From NCBI GenBank assembly GCA_037445455.1, contig JBBIKM010000007.1, positions 366-64,365 on the forward strand: a DNA stretch of 64,000 nt, in the 5' to 3' direction. The translations under genes and the position numbers were made by a program. Each line of letters begins with the position of its first letter. The stretch's first letter is position 1. Positions 1 through 10,061 of this stretch are shown here, piece by piece. The DNA is from a bacterium (GTDB lineage: Bacteria > Zhuqueibacterota > Zhuqueibacteria > Zhuqueibacterales > Zhuqueibacteraceae). The notes under the pieces are model-generated. The model did no database searches. It was not told where the DNA came from and worked only from the letters and a program-made list of their open reading frames with translations.

Positions 1-828
1 GCCGGCGACAAGATTGAAGATGCCGTGCGCACGGTGCGCGCGCTCAACCAGCGCGGCATGATGGCGACCCTCGACATTCTCGGCGAGCATATTTCCCTGC
101 GCGCGGAGGCGATTGCCACCGCGGATCATTATCTGCAAGCCCTGGAAACCATCGCTCGCGAAAAGCTCGACAGCAACATCTCCCTCAAGTTGACGGCGTT
201 CGGGCTGAAGCTGGATTTTGATTTCTGCGTGGAGAACGTCCGGCGGGTGGTGCAGCGGGCAAAGGAGCTGGGTAATTTTGTCCGCCTCGACATGGAGGAT
301 TCCTCCTGCACCACTGACACGCTGCGCGTGTATGACCTGCTGCGCCGGGAGTTCAGCAACGTCGGCACTGTGATCCAGGCTTATCTGCGGCGTTCGCTGC
401 AGGACGTGCGCCAGTTGGTCGCGGAGGGCAAGCCCACCAACCTGCGCTTGTGCAAAGGCATCTACCTCGAGCCGCGCAGCATTGCCTACAAAAACCGCGA
501 GTTGATCAACAAGAACTTCACCTACCTTTTGCATGAGATGCTGCGCCACGGCGCCTATGTCGGCATTGCCACGCATGACGAGCGCCTGGTGTGGGACGGC
601 ATGCGCCTGGTGGATGAACTCAAACTGCCGCCCACCGCCTATGAATTCCAAATGCTGCTGGGCGTCGACGAAGAACTGCGCGACGTCATCGTGAATGCCG
701 GCCACCGGTTGCGCATCTACGTGCCCTTCGGCCGGCAATGGTACGCCTACTCCGTGCGCCGGCTGCAGGAAAATCCCCAAATCGCCGGCTATGTCGTGCA
801 AAATTTTCTGGGATTGAAATCCACCTGA
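1..828 (+). CDS. Proline dehydrogenase (monofunctional PRODH family), 5'-truncated by the window edge
   Basis: Frame is open from base 1. Motifs SLKLT, VRLDMED, GTVIQAYLRRS, LRLCKGIY, IATHD, EFQMLLGV and RIYVPFG-W-AYSVRRLQENP are typical of PRODH. Confidence 0.93.
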   Translation, partial: AGDKIEDAVRTVRALNQRGMMATLDILGEHISLRAEAIATADHYLQALETIAREKLDSNISLKLTAFGLKLDFDFCVENVRRVVQRAKELGNFVRLDMEDSSCTTDTLRVYDLLRREFSNVGTVIQAYLRRSLQDVRQLVAEGKPTNLRLCKGIYLEPRSIAYKNRELINKNFTYLLHEMLRHGAYVGIATHDERLVWDGMRLVDELKLPPTAYEFQMLLGVDEELRDVIVNAGHRLRIYVPFGRQWYAYSVRRLQENPQIAGYVVQNFLGLKST

Positions 829-869
829 CACTCCCGCACCAGGAGAACCTCTGCGGGAGTGTCAGGTGG
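821..869. terminator. Perfect 18-bp inverted repeat between convergent genes; probable bidirectional terminator
   Basis: CCACCTGACACTCCCGCA (821-838) and TGCGGGAGTGTCAGGTGG (852-869) are exact reverse complements and lie between the stops of PRODH and the symporter. Confidence 0.7.
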
Positions 870-893
870 GGCGCAAGGGCGGCTGCGTTCGGG

Positions 894-2528
894 CTAGGCG
901 AAGATGATCCACAACACGCCAATGACAGCAGCCAGAACCAGCGACAAGATAATGTTGATCTGATGCTGCTTTTTCATACCGGCGCCTGCGCCCGCAGCGC
1001 GGTCCGACGCCGGCGCGCTGGCAAAGGTCAGGCCGGCAATCTGCCCGGCTGCCGGCGGCTTGGTGGCAAGGCTGACGCCGATGAGGATGACGGTGCAGAT
1101 CACGAACAGCAGCACGGCGAAATGCAGGAAATTGATCTCGGCGATCCACGCCCAGAGTGTGCCGTCCGCCAGCCCGGTCTTGTCGGTGCCGTTGGCCAGT
1201 TCCAGAATCAGGCGCAAGGCGCCGAGCACGAAACCGCTCACCAGCGAAGTCACTGCGCCGATGCCGTTCAGCCGCGTGATGAACAGGCCGAAGAGAAAAC
1301 AGGCGGCAATCGGCGGCGCGATGTAAGCCTGCACGCTTTGCAAATAAATGTACAACTGGGAGGAGATGTATTTCATGAACGGCACCCACAGCAGCCCGAG
1401 CACCACCAGCACACCGGTGGCGGTGCGGCCGACCATGACCAGCCGGCGCTCGGTGGCACTGGGATGCAGTTTCTTGTAAAGGTCCCAGGTGATGAGCGTC
1501 GAGCACGAGTTGAACACCGAGCTGAGCGAGCTCATCAGCGCGGCCAGCAAGCCGGCGATGACCAGGCCCTTCAAGCCGATGGGCAGGATGCGGGTGACCA
1601 GCGTGGGAAAGGCGCGGTCGGCAGTCGCCGAGGTGATGTCACTGAACAGCGCCACCGCAATCATGCCGGGCAGCACGAAGATGAACACCGGCAAGATCTT
1701 GAGGAAGCCGGCGAAAATGGTGCCCCGCCGCGCCTCTTCCAGGTTGCGCGCCGCGAGAACTCTTTGCACGATGTATTGGTCCGTGCACCAATACCACAAG
1801 CCCAGAATGGGCGCGCCGAAGATGATGCCGGTCCAGGGAAAATCCGGGTGGCTCACCGGTTTCCACATCGAGAAGAAATCCGCGGGCAGTTTGGCGGTCA
1901 GGCTTTGCCAGCCGCCGATTTCGGCGATCCCCAGGATGGTGAGCGTGACCGAACCGAGAATCAGCACGAAGGTTTGAATCACCTCGGTGTACACCACGGC
2001 GCGCAGGCCGCCGGCGATGGTATAGATGCCGGTGATGATCACCAGGGCGAGGGCGCTGGCCAGCATGTCCATGCCGGTCAACTCGCGAATCACCACGGCA
2101 CCGGCATACAGGGTGACGCTGATCTTGGTGAGCACGTAGCCGACGATCGACACCGAGGCCAGATACCAGCGCGCCGCGGCGTTGTAGCGCTGTTCGAGAA
2201 ACTCGGGCATGGTGTACACACCGCTGCGCAAGTAGAAGGGCACGAACAGCCAGCCCAGCAGCAGCAAAATGAGGCAGGCCAGCCATTCAAAGTGGCCGAC
2301 CGCCAGGCCGCCGGCAGCGCCGGAGCCCGCCAATCCCACCAGATGCTCGCTGCCGATGTTGGAAGCGAACAAGCTGGCGCCCACCACCAGCCAGCCGACA
2401 TCGCGGCCGGCAAGAAAGTAGTCCGCGCTTTCTTCCTTGCCCTTGCGGAATGCCCAGTACCCGATCGCCAGCATGAGGGCAAAGTAGCCGGCAATGATGA
2501 GCACATCGACAACGTGCACAGATCCCAT
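894..2528 (-). CDS. Sodium:solute symporter (SSS/SGLT-like family)
   Basis: 544 aa, about 14 hydrophobic segments. Motifs DYFLAGR, ASLFASNIGSEHLVGLAG, TMPEFLEQRY, WYWCTDQYIVQRVLAA and AALMSSLSSVFNS. Strong RBS (AGGAGGAGG) upstream. Confidence 0.95.
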   Translation of the reverse strand: MGSVHVVDVLIIAGYFALMLAIGYWAFRKGKEESADYFLAGRDVGWLVVGASLFASNIGSEHLVGLAGSGAAGGLAVGHFEWLACLILLLLGWLFVPFYLRSGVYTMPEFLEQRYNAAARWYLASVSIVGYVLTKISVTLYAGAVVIRELTGMDMLASALALVIITGIYTIAGGLRAVVYTEVIQTFVLILGSVTLTILGIAEIGGWQSLTAKLPADFFSMWKPVSHPDFPWTGIIFGAPILGLWYWCTDQYIVQRVLAARNLEEARRGTIFAGFLKILPVFIFVLPGMIAVALFSDITSATADRAFPTLVTRILPIGLKGLVIAGLLAALMSSLSSVFNSCSTLITWDLYKKLHPSATERRLVMVGRTATGVLVVLGLLWVPFMKYISSQLYIYLQSVQAYIAPPIAACFLFGLFITRLNGIGAVTSLVSGFVLGALRLILELANGTDKTGLADGTLWAWIAEINFLHFAVLLFVICTVILIGVSLATKPPAAGQIAGLTFASAPASDRAAGAGAGMKKQHQINIILSLVLAAVIGVLWIIFA

Positions 2529-2959
2529 CTTCTCTCCTCCTCCTTAGTTAGGATTCACTTCCGGTTTTGATGAGCAGAACTGCGGTGTGATGAGTGCGGC
2601 GCCGCGCGAGCGGTGAATTGGCACCGCTTCGGCCGGCACTGGTGGTTTGGGCTGCCGGGCACCTGCAGGCAGGTAGCCCCTTCTGGCAGCCCGGGCGGAG
2701 TTTGGAAAAATGCCAAACTGATTTGACAGATTGCAGCAGGGTAGAAGTGTTTCTTGGGTGGCGACAAGCTAACAAGCGGAAACGAGGAAAGCAAGTGCCG
2801 GGCCTCGGAAAAGCGTCCGCGCGAAACCACCGCCGTCCGCGCGCAGCGTGCCTGCGCGGAGAGAGGTGCATCATCGCCCTTTTATTTTGTTGAATGAAAT
2901 TGTACCATGGAGCCGTTGCTGCCTGAATACCAAAAACCTTGCAGGAGAATATTGCACCC

Positions 2960-3994
2960 ATGACTCAAACACAACTTCCCATTCCGCCGCATTTCAATCC
3001 TCAAAACGTCGGTGAAGTCTGGCGTGTGCCCTACCAAGACCGTGCTCTGAGCGCCGAAGCCTGGGCGCGGCAGCACAACCTGTTGCCGGCGTCGCATGAT
3101 CGTTTTCGCATCTGCCTGTTGCCGGTGGACGTGCAGAATACCTTCTGCATCCCGGGCTTCGAGTTGTATGTCGGTGGCCGCTCGGGCCGGGGCGCGGTGG
3201 AAGACAACCGCCGCCTGTGCGAATTCATCTATCGCAACTTGCACCGCCTGACGCAGATCTGCCCCACCCTGGATACCCACCAGGCCATGCAGATCTTTCA
3301 TGCGATTTTTCTGGTGGATGAGCACGGTGAACATCCCGCGCCTTATACCCTGATTACCGCTGAAGACGTCGCGCAAGGCCGGTGGCGATTCAATCCCGCA
3401 GTGGCGGACAATCTCCATCTCGACGTGCTGGAGGGGCAGCGCCATCTGCAGCATTATGTCGAGGCGCTGCAGCGCGGCGGCAAATACGCGCTGACCATCT
3501 GGCCCTACCACGCGATGCTGGGCGGCATCGGCCATGCCCTGGTTTCCGCAGTGGAGGAGGCCATCTTCTTTCACAGCATTGCGCGCCGCAGCCAGCCGGA
3601 TTTTCAAGTGAAGGGCAACAATCCCCTCACCGAAAATTACTCCGTGTTGCGGCCGGAAGTGCTGACTGGCCCCGGCGGCAAAACCATTGCCCACAAGAAC
3701 ACGCGGCTGATCACCAAGCTGCTGGAGTTCGATCTGGTCATCATCGCCGGCCAGGCCAAGAGCCATTGCGTGGCGTGGACCATCGCGGATTTGCTCAATG
3801 AAATGGTGGTCACCGATCCCACCCTGGTGCGAAAAGTCTACTTGCTGGAGGATTGCACCTCGCCGGTGGTGGTGCCGGGCGTGATCGATTACACCGAAGA
3901 GGCGGACGCCGCCTTCCGTAGATTCGCGCAAGCCGGCATGCACGTGGTGCGTTCCACCGATCCGATTGCGACCTGGCCGGGGATTGCCCCGTGA
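2960..3994 (+). CDS. Isochorismatase/cysteine hydrolase family protein, nicotinamidase (PncA)-like
   Basis: DVQNTFC (catalytic Asp), DTH and WPYH metal ligands, KG motif, AGQAKSHCV (catalytic Cys). Lies near pncB. Start placed at ATG 2960 after CAGGAG. Confidence 0.8.
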   Translation: MTQTQLPIPPHFNPQNVGEVWRVPYQDRALSAEAWARQHNLLPASHDRFRICLLPVDVQNTFCIPGFELYVGGRSGRGAVEDNRRLCEFIYRNLHRLTQICPTLDTHQAMQIFHAIFLVDEHGEHPAPYTLITAEDVAQGRWRFNPAVADNLHLDVLEGQRHLQHYVEALQRGGKYALTIWPYHAMLGGIGHALVSAVEEAIFFHSIARRSQPDFQVKGNNPLTENYSVLRPEVLTGPGGKTIAHKNTRLITKLLEFDLVIIAGQAKSHCVAWTIADLLNEMVVTDPTLVRKVYLLEDCTSPVVVPGVIDYTEEADAAFRRFAQAGMHVVRSTDPIATWPGIAP

Positions 3995-5295
3995 AGGCCA
4001 TGGTTCTGATCCGCCGGCGCGGCCTGCTGCTTGGCCTCTTTTTGTGGTCGATCGCGGGCGCTGCTCAGGCGCAGAAAGTGGTGGACCTGCGCAGCTTCAC
4101 CGTGCTGCCACGGCTGCCGGCCGCGCCCGACACGCTGGCCCTGCTGCTGGTTGAATTCGACGATGTCACGCACGCGGGGTATGATTCCGCCGGGATTCGC
4201 ATTCCGTACAACCGCGTGCACCGCTGGCGCGATTTCTACTACATGATGGCGTCCCGCGGCGTTTACTCCACCGAACGCACCGGCATGCGTTCGCCCGAGG
4301 GCGAGCCGGTGTTTGGCAGCTTCGTCGATTATTTCGCCGAGATGTCGCGTGGCAAATACGTGCCGGTCGTGCAGATTCTCAACGACTCCACGGCTGCCGG
4401 CCTGCCGCGTTGGATTCCGTTGGGCGCGCCCAAGACCGACTACTTCGGCGCGGCCAATTGGGACAAGCTCTACGCGCATGCCAAGGCCGCTGCCGCCGCC
4501 CACGGCCTGGATGTGCGCATCACGCCGCAGCGCCGCCTCGCCCTCATCTACGCCGGCAACCGCCGCGGCAAGGGCGCCAAACTCTTCGGCGTGTGTGATT
4601 CCCGGCCGCTGCCGGAGTTCTTCTTTTCCTCCGAGCGCTGGACCTTCACCGGCGGCGCCAACGATTACGACGAAGCGCGTCACGCCCGCCTTTCGCACAT
4701 GGGGCCGTTTTGCCATGAAATGAATCACATGCTCGGCGAGATGCACCACGACGTTTCGTTGTGGGACATGATGGGCAACGGCCACAAGAACAGCGTGGAC
4801 GGCGGCTTCGGCAATTGCCCCGCGCCCATCAGCCCGTGGTTTCGCGCGCAACTCGGCTGGCTGGCATTGCATGAAATGCCCTGCAATCGCAGCGTCACGC
4901 TCAAGTATGGCGACGATCGCCACAATTACTATTTGTGGCAAGTTCCGCAGCAGGGCTTTGCGCTGTTGTTCGAGCATCGCCGCTACCATCGCGGTTACGA
5001 TCGCGGCCTGCCCGGCCGCGCCGCGGGTGAGGCAGGCGGTCTGTTGATTTGGCGCATCAGCGGCGGCTACAGCGATCTGCTCGAAGCCGACGGCCGCAGC
5101 GGCGAAGACAATGCCGTGCGCGACATCTTTCGCGTGCCCGCTGCCCGCGCCGATTCCAGCCGCGATGCGCTGGCCACGCGCCACCCCCTGCCGCTGAGCC
5201 GTCTGATCCGGCTGCACAAACCGGTGCCCGGCCTCGCGGTGGAGATTCTGCAGCAGCGTGGCGACAAGCTGAAAATGCGGGTGCAATGCCCCTGA
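3991..5295 (+). CDS. Secreted M6 (immune inhibitor A)-like zinc metalloprotease domain protein
   Basis: Signal peptide (..AGAAQA|QK), [15 protein letters not shown] (HExxH), [22 protein letters not shown]. Overlaps the upstream stop by 4 nt (GTGA). Confidence 0.75.
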   Translation: MKAMVLIRRRGLLLGLFLWSIAGAAQAQKVVDLRSFTVLPRLPAAPDTLALLLVEFDDVTHAGYDSAGIRIPYNRVHRWRDFYYMMASRGVYSTERTGMRSPEGEPVFGSFVDYFAEMSRGKYVPVVQILNDSTAAGLPRWIPLGAPKTDYFGAANWDKLYAHAKAAAAAHGLDVRITPQRRLALIYAGNRRGKGAKLFGVCDSRPLPEFFFSSERWTFTGGANDYDEARHARLSHMGPFCHEMNHMLGEMHHDVSLWDMMGNGHKNSVDGGFGNCPAPISPWFRAQLGWLALHEMPCNRSVTLKYGDDRHNYYLWQVPQQGFALLFEHRRYHRGYDRGLPGRAAGEAGGLLIWRISGGYSDLLEADGRSGEDNAVRDIFRVPAARADSSRDALATRHPLPLSRLIRLHKPVPGLAVEILQQRGDKLKMRVQCP

Positions 5296-5502
5296 ATCGG
5301 CTGTTGTTTGCCAGCGGGATTTTCTCTATATTCCGCCGCGCTTGTGCGGTCTTGCCGGCCGTGCGCGGTCCGGCATTGCCACGCTCAAGCGATGTGCCGC
5401 CGGCGAAGGATCTGCCCGGCCCGGCAAGAAAGGATAACCCCTGTCGCTCACCCTCCTGCCGTTGATCCGGCAGGTGCTCATTTCATCAAATGGGATGCGG
5501 CC

Positions 5503-6654
5503 ATGTTTCACCTCGCCTCTGCCGAAGACATTCTCTCCGGCCAGGTTACCGATGTCTATTTCGAGCGTACCCGGCACATGCTTACCGAGCTGGGCAGGGA
5601 TGCGCACGTCGCGGTAGAATTCATTCTGAAGAAATTTCCCCGGCCCAACAACTGGGGCATCTTCGCCGGCCTGGAGGAGGCGATGACGATTCTCAAGCGG
5701 CTGCCGGTGTCGGTTGACGGGCTGCCGGAAGGTTCGCTGTTTTTCGAGGACGAGCCGGTGCTCACCATCGAGGGTCGCTATCTCGATTTTGGGCCTTATG
5801 AAACCGCGCTGCTCGGCCTGCTCAGCCAGGCCACCGGCGTGGCCACGCGCGCGGCGCGCTGCAAGAAAGCCGCCGCCGGCCGGCCGGTGATCAGCTTCGG
5901 CGCGCGGCGCATGCATCCCGCCATCGCGCCCATGATCGAGCGCAATGCCTTCATCGGCGGCTGCGACGGCGTGGCCTCGGTGGCGGCGGCGCAACTGCTC
6001 AATATCAAGCCCTCGGGCACGACGCCGCATGCCTTCATTCTGCTGGTGGGCGATACCGTGGCCGCGGCGCAGGCGTTTGACCGCCACATCGAGCCGGAAG
6101 TGCCGCGCGCGATTCTCATCGACACCTTCAACGACGAAAAATTCGAAGCCCTGCGCGTCGCCGAGGCGCTCGGCGACCATCTCGCCTACATCCGGCTCGA
6201 TACGCCCAGCAACCGCCGTGGTGACTTCGTCAGCCTGGCGCGCGAGATCCGCTGGGAACTCGATCTGCGCGGTTACCATCATGTGAAGATTTTTCTTTCC
6301 GGCGGCATCGATGAGGAAAAGATCCTGCAATACAACGTCATCGCCGATGCCTACGGCGTCGGCACCGCGATTTCCAACGCGCCGGTGATGGATTTTGCCA
6401 TGGACATCGTCGAGATCGACGGCCGGCCCATTGCCAAGCGCGGCAAGAAATCCGGCCGCAAACATCTCTGGCGCAATCGCAAGACCGGCGAGCGCATCGT
6501 GCAGCCGGTGGCGCATGAAATCAACGGCGACATGGAACCGCTCTTTGTCCAAATGATGCGCGCCGGCAAGCTGCTGTACCAGCCGCAGCCGCCCACCGAG
6601 ATTCGCAAGTATGTCTTGCAGCAATTGGAGCGGGTGGAACTGGCCGGCTTCTGA
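5503..6654 (+). CDS. pncB: Nicotinate phosphoribosyltransferase
   Basis: TDVYFERT, FGARRMHP, GTTPHAF (phospho-His), LIDTF, IRLDT, FLSGGIDE, YGVGT, AKRGKKSG. Start placed at ATG 5503. Confidence 0.92.
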   Translation: MFHLASAEDILSGQVTDVYFERTRHMLTELGRDAHVAVEFILKKFPRPNNWGIFAGLEEAMTILKRLPVSVDGLPEGSLFFEDEPVLTIEGRYLDFGPYETALLGLLSQATGVATRAARCKKAAAGRPVISFGARRMHPAIAPMIERNAFIGGCDGVASVAAAQLLNIKPSGTTPHAFILLVGDTVAAAQAFDRHIEPEVPRAILIDTFNDEKFEALRVAEALGDHLAYIRLDTPSNRRGDFVSLAREIRWELDLRGYHHVKIFLSGGIDEEKILQYNVIADAYGVGTAISNAPVMDFAMDIVEIDGRPIAKRGKKSGRKHLWRNRKTGERIVQPVAHEINGDMEPLFVQMMRAGKLLYQPQPPTEIRKYVLQQLERVELAGF

Positions 6655-6846
6655 GGAGCAAGAAATCTGGACGACCCTTTGCGGCAGGGCCTGGCAGCGG
6701 GGATTCTCCTGCCGGAAATCCAAACAGTTGGCGATTTGCAGGAGCGTCATGCGACCCGCATAAATGCAGCCCGAAGTGACGCTCAGTGAACGGCTTCTTG
6801 TGTTTCTGCACGCCTTCGCCTCCCAAGGCGAGAGGAGAGCGGCGTC

Positions 6847-7275
6847 ATGTCAACATCCTCCTCCGGCTTCGAGCCGATTGATCACACCGCGGATGTCGGC
6901 TACCGCCTCCATGCCGCCACCCTGCCGGAACTGTTCATCGTCGCGGCGCGCGCGCTGTTCGACGCCATTACCGATTTGGAAACCGTGCGGCCCGCCTTCG
7001 CGCGCACGATCCATGCAAGCGCCGGCGATGTCGAAGCGCTGCTGGTGGCGTGGCTGGCGGAATTGAATTTCTGCTGCCTCCACGGCCTGGAAGTCTTTTC
7101 ACAATTCGAGATCAAACGGTTTTCACCCACCGCGCTCTCCGCCCTGGCCCGCGGCGAAAAAATCGATCCGCTGCGCCACGAAATCAAAACCGAAATCAAA
7201 GCGGTGACTTATCACGGCCTGTACGTGCGCGAAACCGCCGCCGGCTGGGAGGCGCAGGTGATCTTTGATGTGTGA
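6847..7275 (+). CDS. Archease (RtcB-activating SHS2-domain protein)
   Basis: N-terminal DHTADV, WLAELNF, C-terminal EIKAVTYH and IFDV; 142 aa. Confidence 0.92.
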   Translation: MSTSSSGFEPIDHTADVGYRLHAATLPELFIVAARALFDAITDLETVRPAFARTIHASAGDVEALLVAWLAELNFCCLHGLEVFSQFEIKRFSPTALSALARGEKIDPLRHEIKTEIKAVTYHGLYVRETAAGWEAQVIFDV

Positions 7276-7735
7276 GACGGCGCGTGATGTCATTTTCACT
7301 TGTTAACCCAATCGCCGCCGGCGGGGGGATGCGCGCAGGGGAGTTCCAGATCTTGTCGTTTACGAAGAGAGACGGCATTTTTCAATGAAGCAGGTTTGTG
7401 GGACACGACTTTTCCGCCAGATGTCCTGGACTGCGGTATTGAGGCAACCACAGGCGGCGCACTGCCTGGCAGACTCAGTACCTTGCTCTTATGACGAACC
7501 TGGAACCTCCAATCAAATGAATCGGATGCTGCTGCCCCCAAAAGGACGAAGTGGTCTATATTGTTGAACAATCGTGATGCGGGGGCAATTTGCTTCGAGG
7601 TGCGGCGGCGAGCCCGAATTCGTCAAGCTGAGACAGCATAATCCGATGCCGTCGGCATGGTGGTGGTTTCTTGAACAGATTTCCGCTGAGCAGTTTTTCC
7701 CAGCAGAGACCAGCTCATGAAGTACGGTATCCGAT

Positions 7736-7970
7736 ATGGCAACGGCAGCCCTGGTCAAAGAAATTTTCAAAGCATTGCCTCATCTTCGAAAAGTCGGGCC
7801 AAGAATATGTGGTTTGATTTCGACGATGAAGCGGATGTTTTGTACCTCAGTTTGGAGCGACCCCAATACGCGGCAGACACGAATATACTCGAAGACGTGT
7901 TTTGCTCAGAACGCGCTGCAAGAAAATGGTGGGCATAACGACCACGAATTTCAGCCGTAAATTCCATTAG
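7736..7970 (+). pseudogene. DUF2283-like small protein (putative TA component) with two 1-nt frameshifts
   Basis: Restoring one G near 7798 and one near 7897 gives MATAALVKEIFKALPHLRKVGAKNMWFDFDDEADVLYLSLERPQYAADTNILEDGVLLRTRCKKMVGITTTNFSRKFH*, with the YD-EADVLY-like and G-VGI-like signatures. Confidence 0.7.
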
Positions 7971-8354
7971 TACCATCGTGCTGGTCAGCCGTGTGCCGTG
8001 CAACCCAAAGATCAGAGTGGGAAGAGCTGCCGCCAGCGTTGCGGGTTGTTGCACGCACCCAGTGGCCGCGACTTCTCCAAGCCATTCACCCCGTTGGATA
8101 GTCTTTGGCAAGGGCGCTTTCCTCAAAGGATGGCCTTATCCAACGGGGCTTCCCGTCATTGCCGCGCAAGGCGGCGTCCCCGCCCTGCGCGAAACCGCCT
8201 GCGCCATCGTCGATACCGCCACGTGGTGGCCTTAATGCAAAAAAGACAAAAAGAGAAAAAAGAAAAGGAGCCAAACGGGGTGAGCTAAGGGTAAGTAGCG
8301 TGCCCCATTTGCGAAGCTTTGCAAATTCCCGTTTGCGAATGAGAAAAGAAATCT

Positions 8355-8699
8355 GTGCAATTTTCCGGCAGATCACGGCGAGGCATGTCCATTTTTGGAA
8401 TACAAGAGAAGCTACGCAAGCAGCAACTTGATATTTGCCTGCATGCTCTTGAAGAGGCTGTTGATAATTTCTTATCACGCCATGAGGTGATCGAGGCTCT
8501 GTCGCAGAATGGTGAGATTATCGAAGACGATCCGGCCAGTTTTTGTTGTTTGGCGTGCTGCAAAAGCAAACAATAGCCCGTTCACGTTGCTTTCGATTAT
8601 CATGATTTTATCAAAGGACTCAGCCCCGATCTCGAAATCGTGACGATTTACAAACCCGATCCTGTGCTTTGGATCAACTCCCGCAAACGTAAGAGATAA
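8355..8699 (+). pseudogene. DUF4258-like toxin gene interrupted by an in-frame TAG at 8574-8576
   Basis: HALEEA..LSRHEVIEALSQNGEIIEDDP..CCL, then after the stop the same frame continues PVHVAFDY..LEIVTIYKPDPVLWINSRKRKR* (TAA at 8697-8699), the typical C-terminal half of the family. True start uncertain. Confidence 0.75.
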
Positions 8700-8703
8700 T
8701 TTT

Positions 8704-8937
8704 GTGACAACTTGCTCAAAATGCCGCTCCGCCATGACTCCGGGCATAACCGATGTCAACTTCAGCCGTAACGACTTCCACATTCAAGTCAGAAACCTAC
8801 CGGCTTCGCTTTGCTCGAATGGCGACAATAAGACGCTCGATAGCAGAGTGGCGCTTTGCAGCGATCGCATCGTTCAGGCGATCTTTGCGACGGAACAGCC
8901 GATTCGGATGCGCGAATTGGTGCTCGAAGCCGCTTGA
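8704..8937 (+). CDS. YgiT/MqsA-type zinc-finger antitoxin-like protein (second CxxC degenerate)
   Basis: CSKC at the N-terminus, VRNLPASLCSNG where CxxC is expected. Starts 4 nt after the DUF4258-like stop. Confidence 0.7.
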   Translation: MTTCSKCRSAMTPGITDVNFSRNDFHIQVRNLPASLCSNGDNKTLDSRVALCSDRIVQAIFATEQPIRMRELVLEAA

Positions 8938-9518
8938 CCTCGTTGACATTTTGTGTCGTCTCATTGAGAAAAAAAGCCAGCCGACCTTTTGGAATCTGTT
9001 GGCTTCTTTTGTTTAAAGAGCTGTCGGCCACGTTGTGGGCCTTTGCGCGCAGCAAGCGGTCGCAATCTCTCCATGCCCTCTCGACACGGCGCCCGGTCCC
9101 TGCCGAGCCGTGCAGTGTGCCGGCGCTTCACGAAGCTGCCCACCTGCGGCGTTACTGCCTTTGAACGAAACCTGCGGGCCACCAGTCGGTATGGCTGGCG
9201 GTGGTGGCCGATTGCGAGCTTGCCGCTGTGCCGTTCCGCGCGGCCAGGGCGAGGTTAAGGCGGCGCCGGCTTCGTCCCCACACCAGAATGAATTGCGGCA
9301 GAGTCCCCCGACTTCTTCATCAACAAGATCGATGCCGCATGCCGGCATCGCGACCACGAAAGCCCGACTGGCGGCCAGTCTTCTTCCTGGGTTGCGCGCA
9401 CACCTCCGGCCGCAGAATCGCGTCCGGCCTTCCTGCCGCAGAGCGTTGGACAGGAATTTCTCTGCGCGACTTCCGGTTTCAGGCAATTCACTTCTTATCA
9501 AGTCAAGAAAGGCGTTCG

Positions 9519-10061
9519 ATGAAGTCCTCTCCCGAGATCGCGCGGCCAACAGCCGTCGAGTACGCGCCGTACTACGATCGATATATCTCGCTGGTGCCTG
9601 CCGGCGACGTGCTGCAGCATTTGAGCACGCAGATCAACGCCACGCTGGCCGTGTTGCGCGGCATTACCGAGGCGCAGTCGCTGCGGCGCTATGCGCCGGG
9701 CAAGTGGAGCATCAAGGAAGTGCTCGGCCACGTTTGTGACACGGAGCGCGTCATGAGCTATCGCGCCTTGCGCTTCGGCCGCGGTGATCAAACGCCGCTG
9801 CCCGGGTTCGATGAGAACGACTATGTGCAAGCCGGCAACTGCGATGCCCGCGCCTGGGCGGATTTGATCGGCGAATTTGAAACAGTTCGCGCGGCGACCG
9901 TGTCATTGTTTCGCGGTTTTGAGACGGCGGCAACCGAGCGCCTCGGCACGGCAAACAACACCGCGGTCAGCGTGCGCGCACTCGCGTATATTATCGCGGG
10001 ACACGAGCGCCATCATCTCAAGGTGATCCAGGATCGCTATTTGCCCGTGCTGCAGAGTTGA
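9519..10061 (+). CDS. DinB/YfiT family protein
   Basis: EYAPYYDRYI, RYAPGKWSIKEVLGHVCDTE, LPGFDEN, IAGHERHH. The 9201 ORF extension looks spurious, so the start is placed at 9519. Confidence 0.9.
   Translation: MKSSPEIARPTAVEYAPYYDRYISLVPAGDVLQHLSTQINATLAVLRGITEAQSLRRYAPGKWSIKEVLGHVCDTERVMSYRALRFGRGDQTPLPGFDENDYVQAGNCDARAWADLIGEFETVRAATVSLFRGFETAATERLGTANNTAVSVRALAYIIAGHERHHLKVIQDRYLPVLQS

Noticed and set aside
738-2570. Long antisense ORFs (also 3889-5286, 5326-6750, 19884-21545, 28284-30809, 32578-35436, 35849-38122, 41742-43682, 51912-54257, 56963-58282, 60355-61416)
   Set aside because: They are shadows of well-supported genes on the opposite strand, expected from high-GC codon bias, and show no recognisable motifs.
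2960-6654. Phage-type NAD reconstitution (anti-defence) pathway
   Set aside because: The enzymes are a nicotinamidase-like amidase and nicotinate PRTase in a chromosomal housekeeping context, with no phage genes or NMNAT/ADPR-PP synthetase nearby.
7300-7735. Possible decayed toxin partner upstream of the DUF2283-like pseudogene
   Set aside because: Only a weak trace (..VRYPIWQRQP overlapping the next start) is visible. No continuous frame could be reconstructed by eye.
9013-9518. Upstream extension of the DinB ORF (9201) and overlapping ORFs 9013-9549 and 9035-9739
   Set aside because: Arg/Pro/Ala-rich low-information translations. The DinB family similarity begins only at Met 9519.
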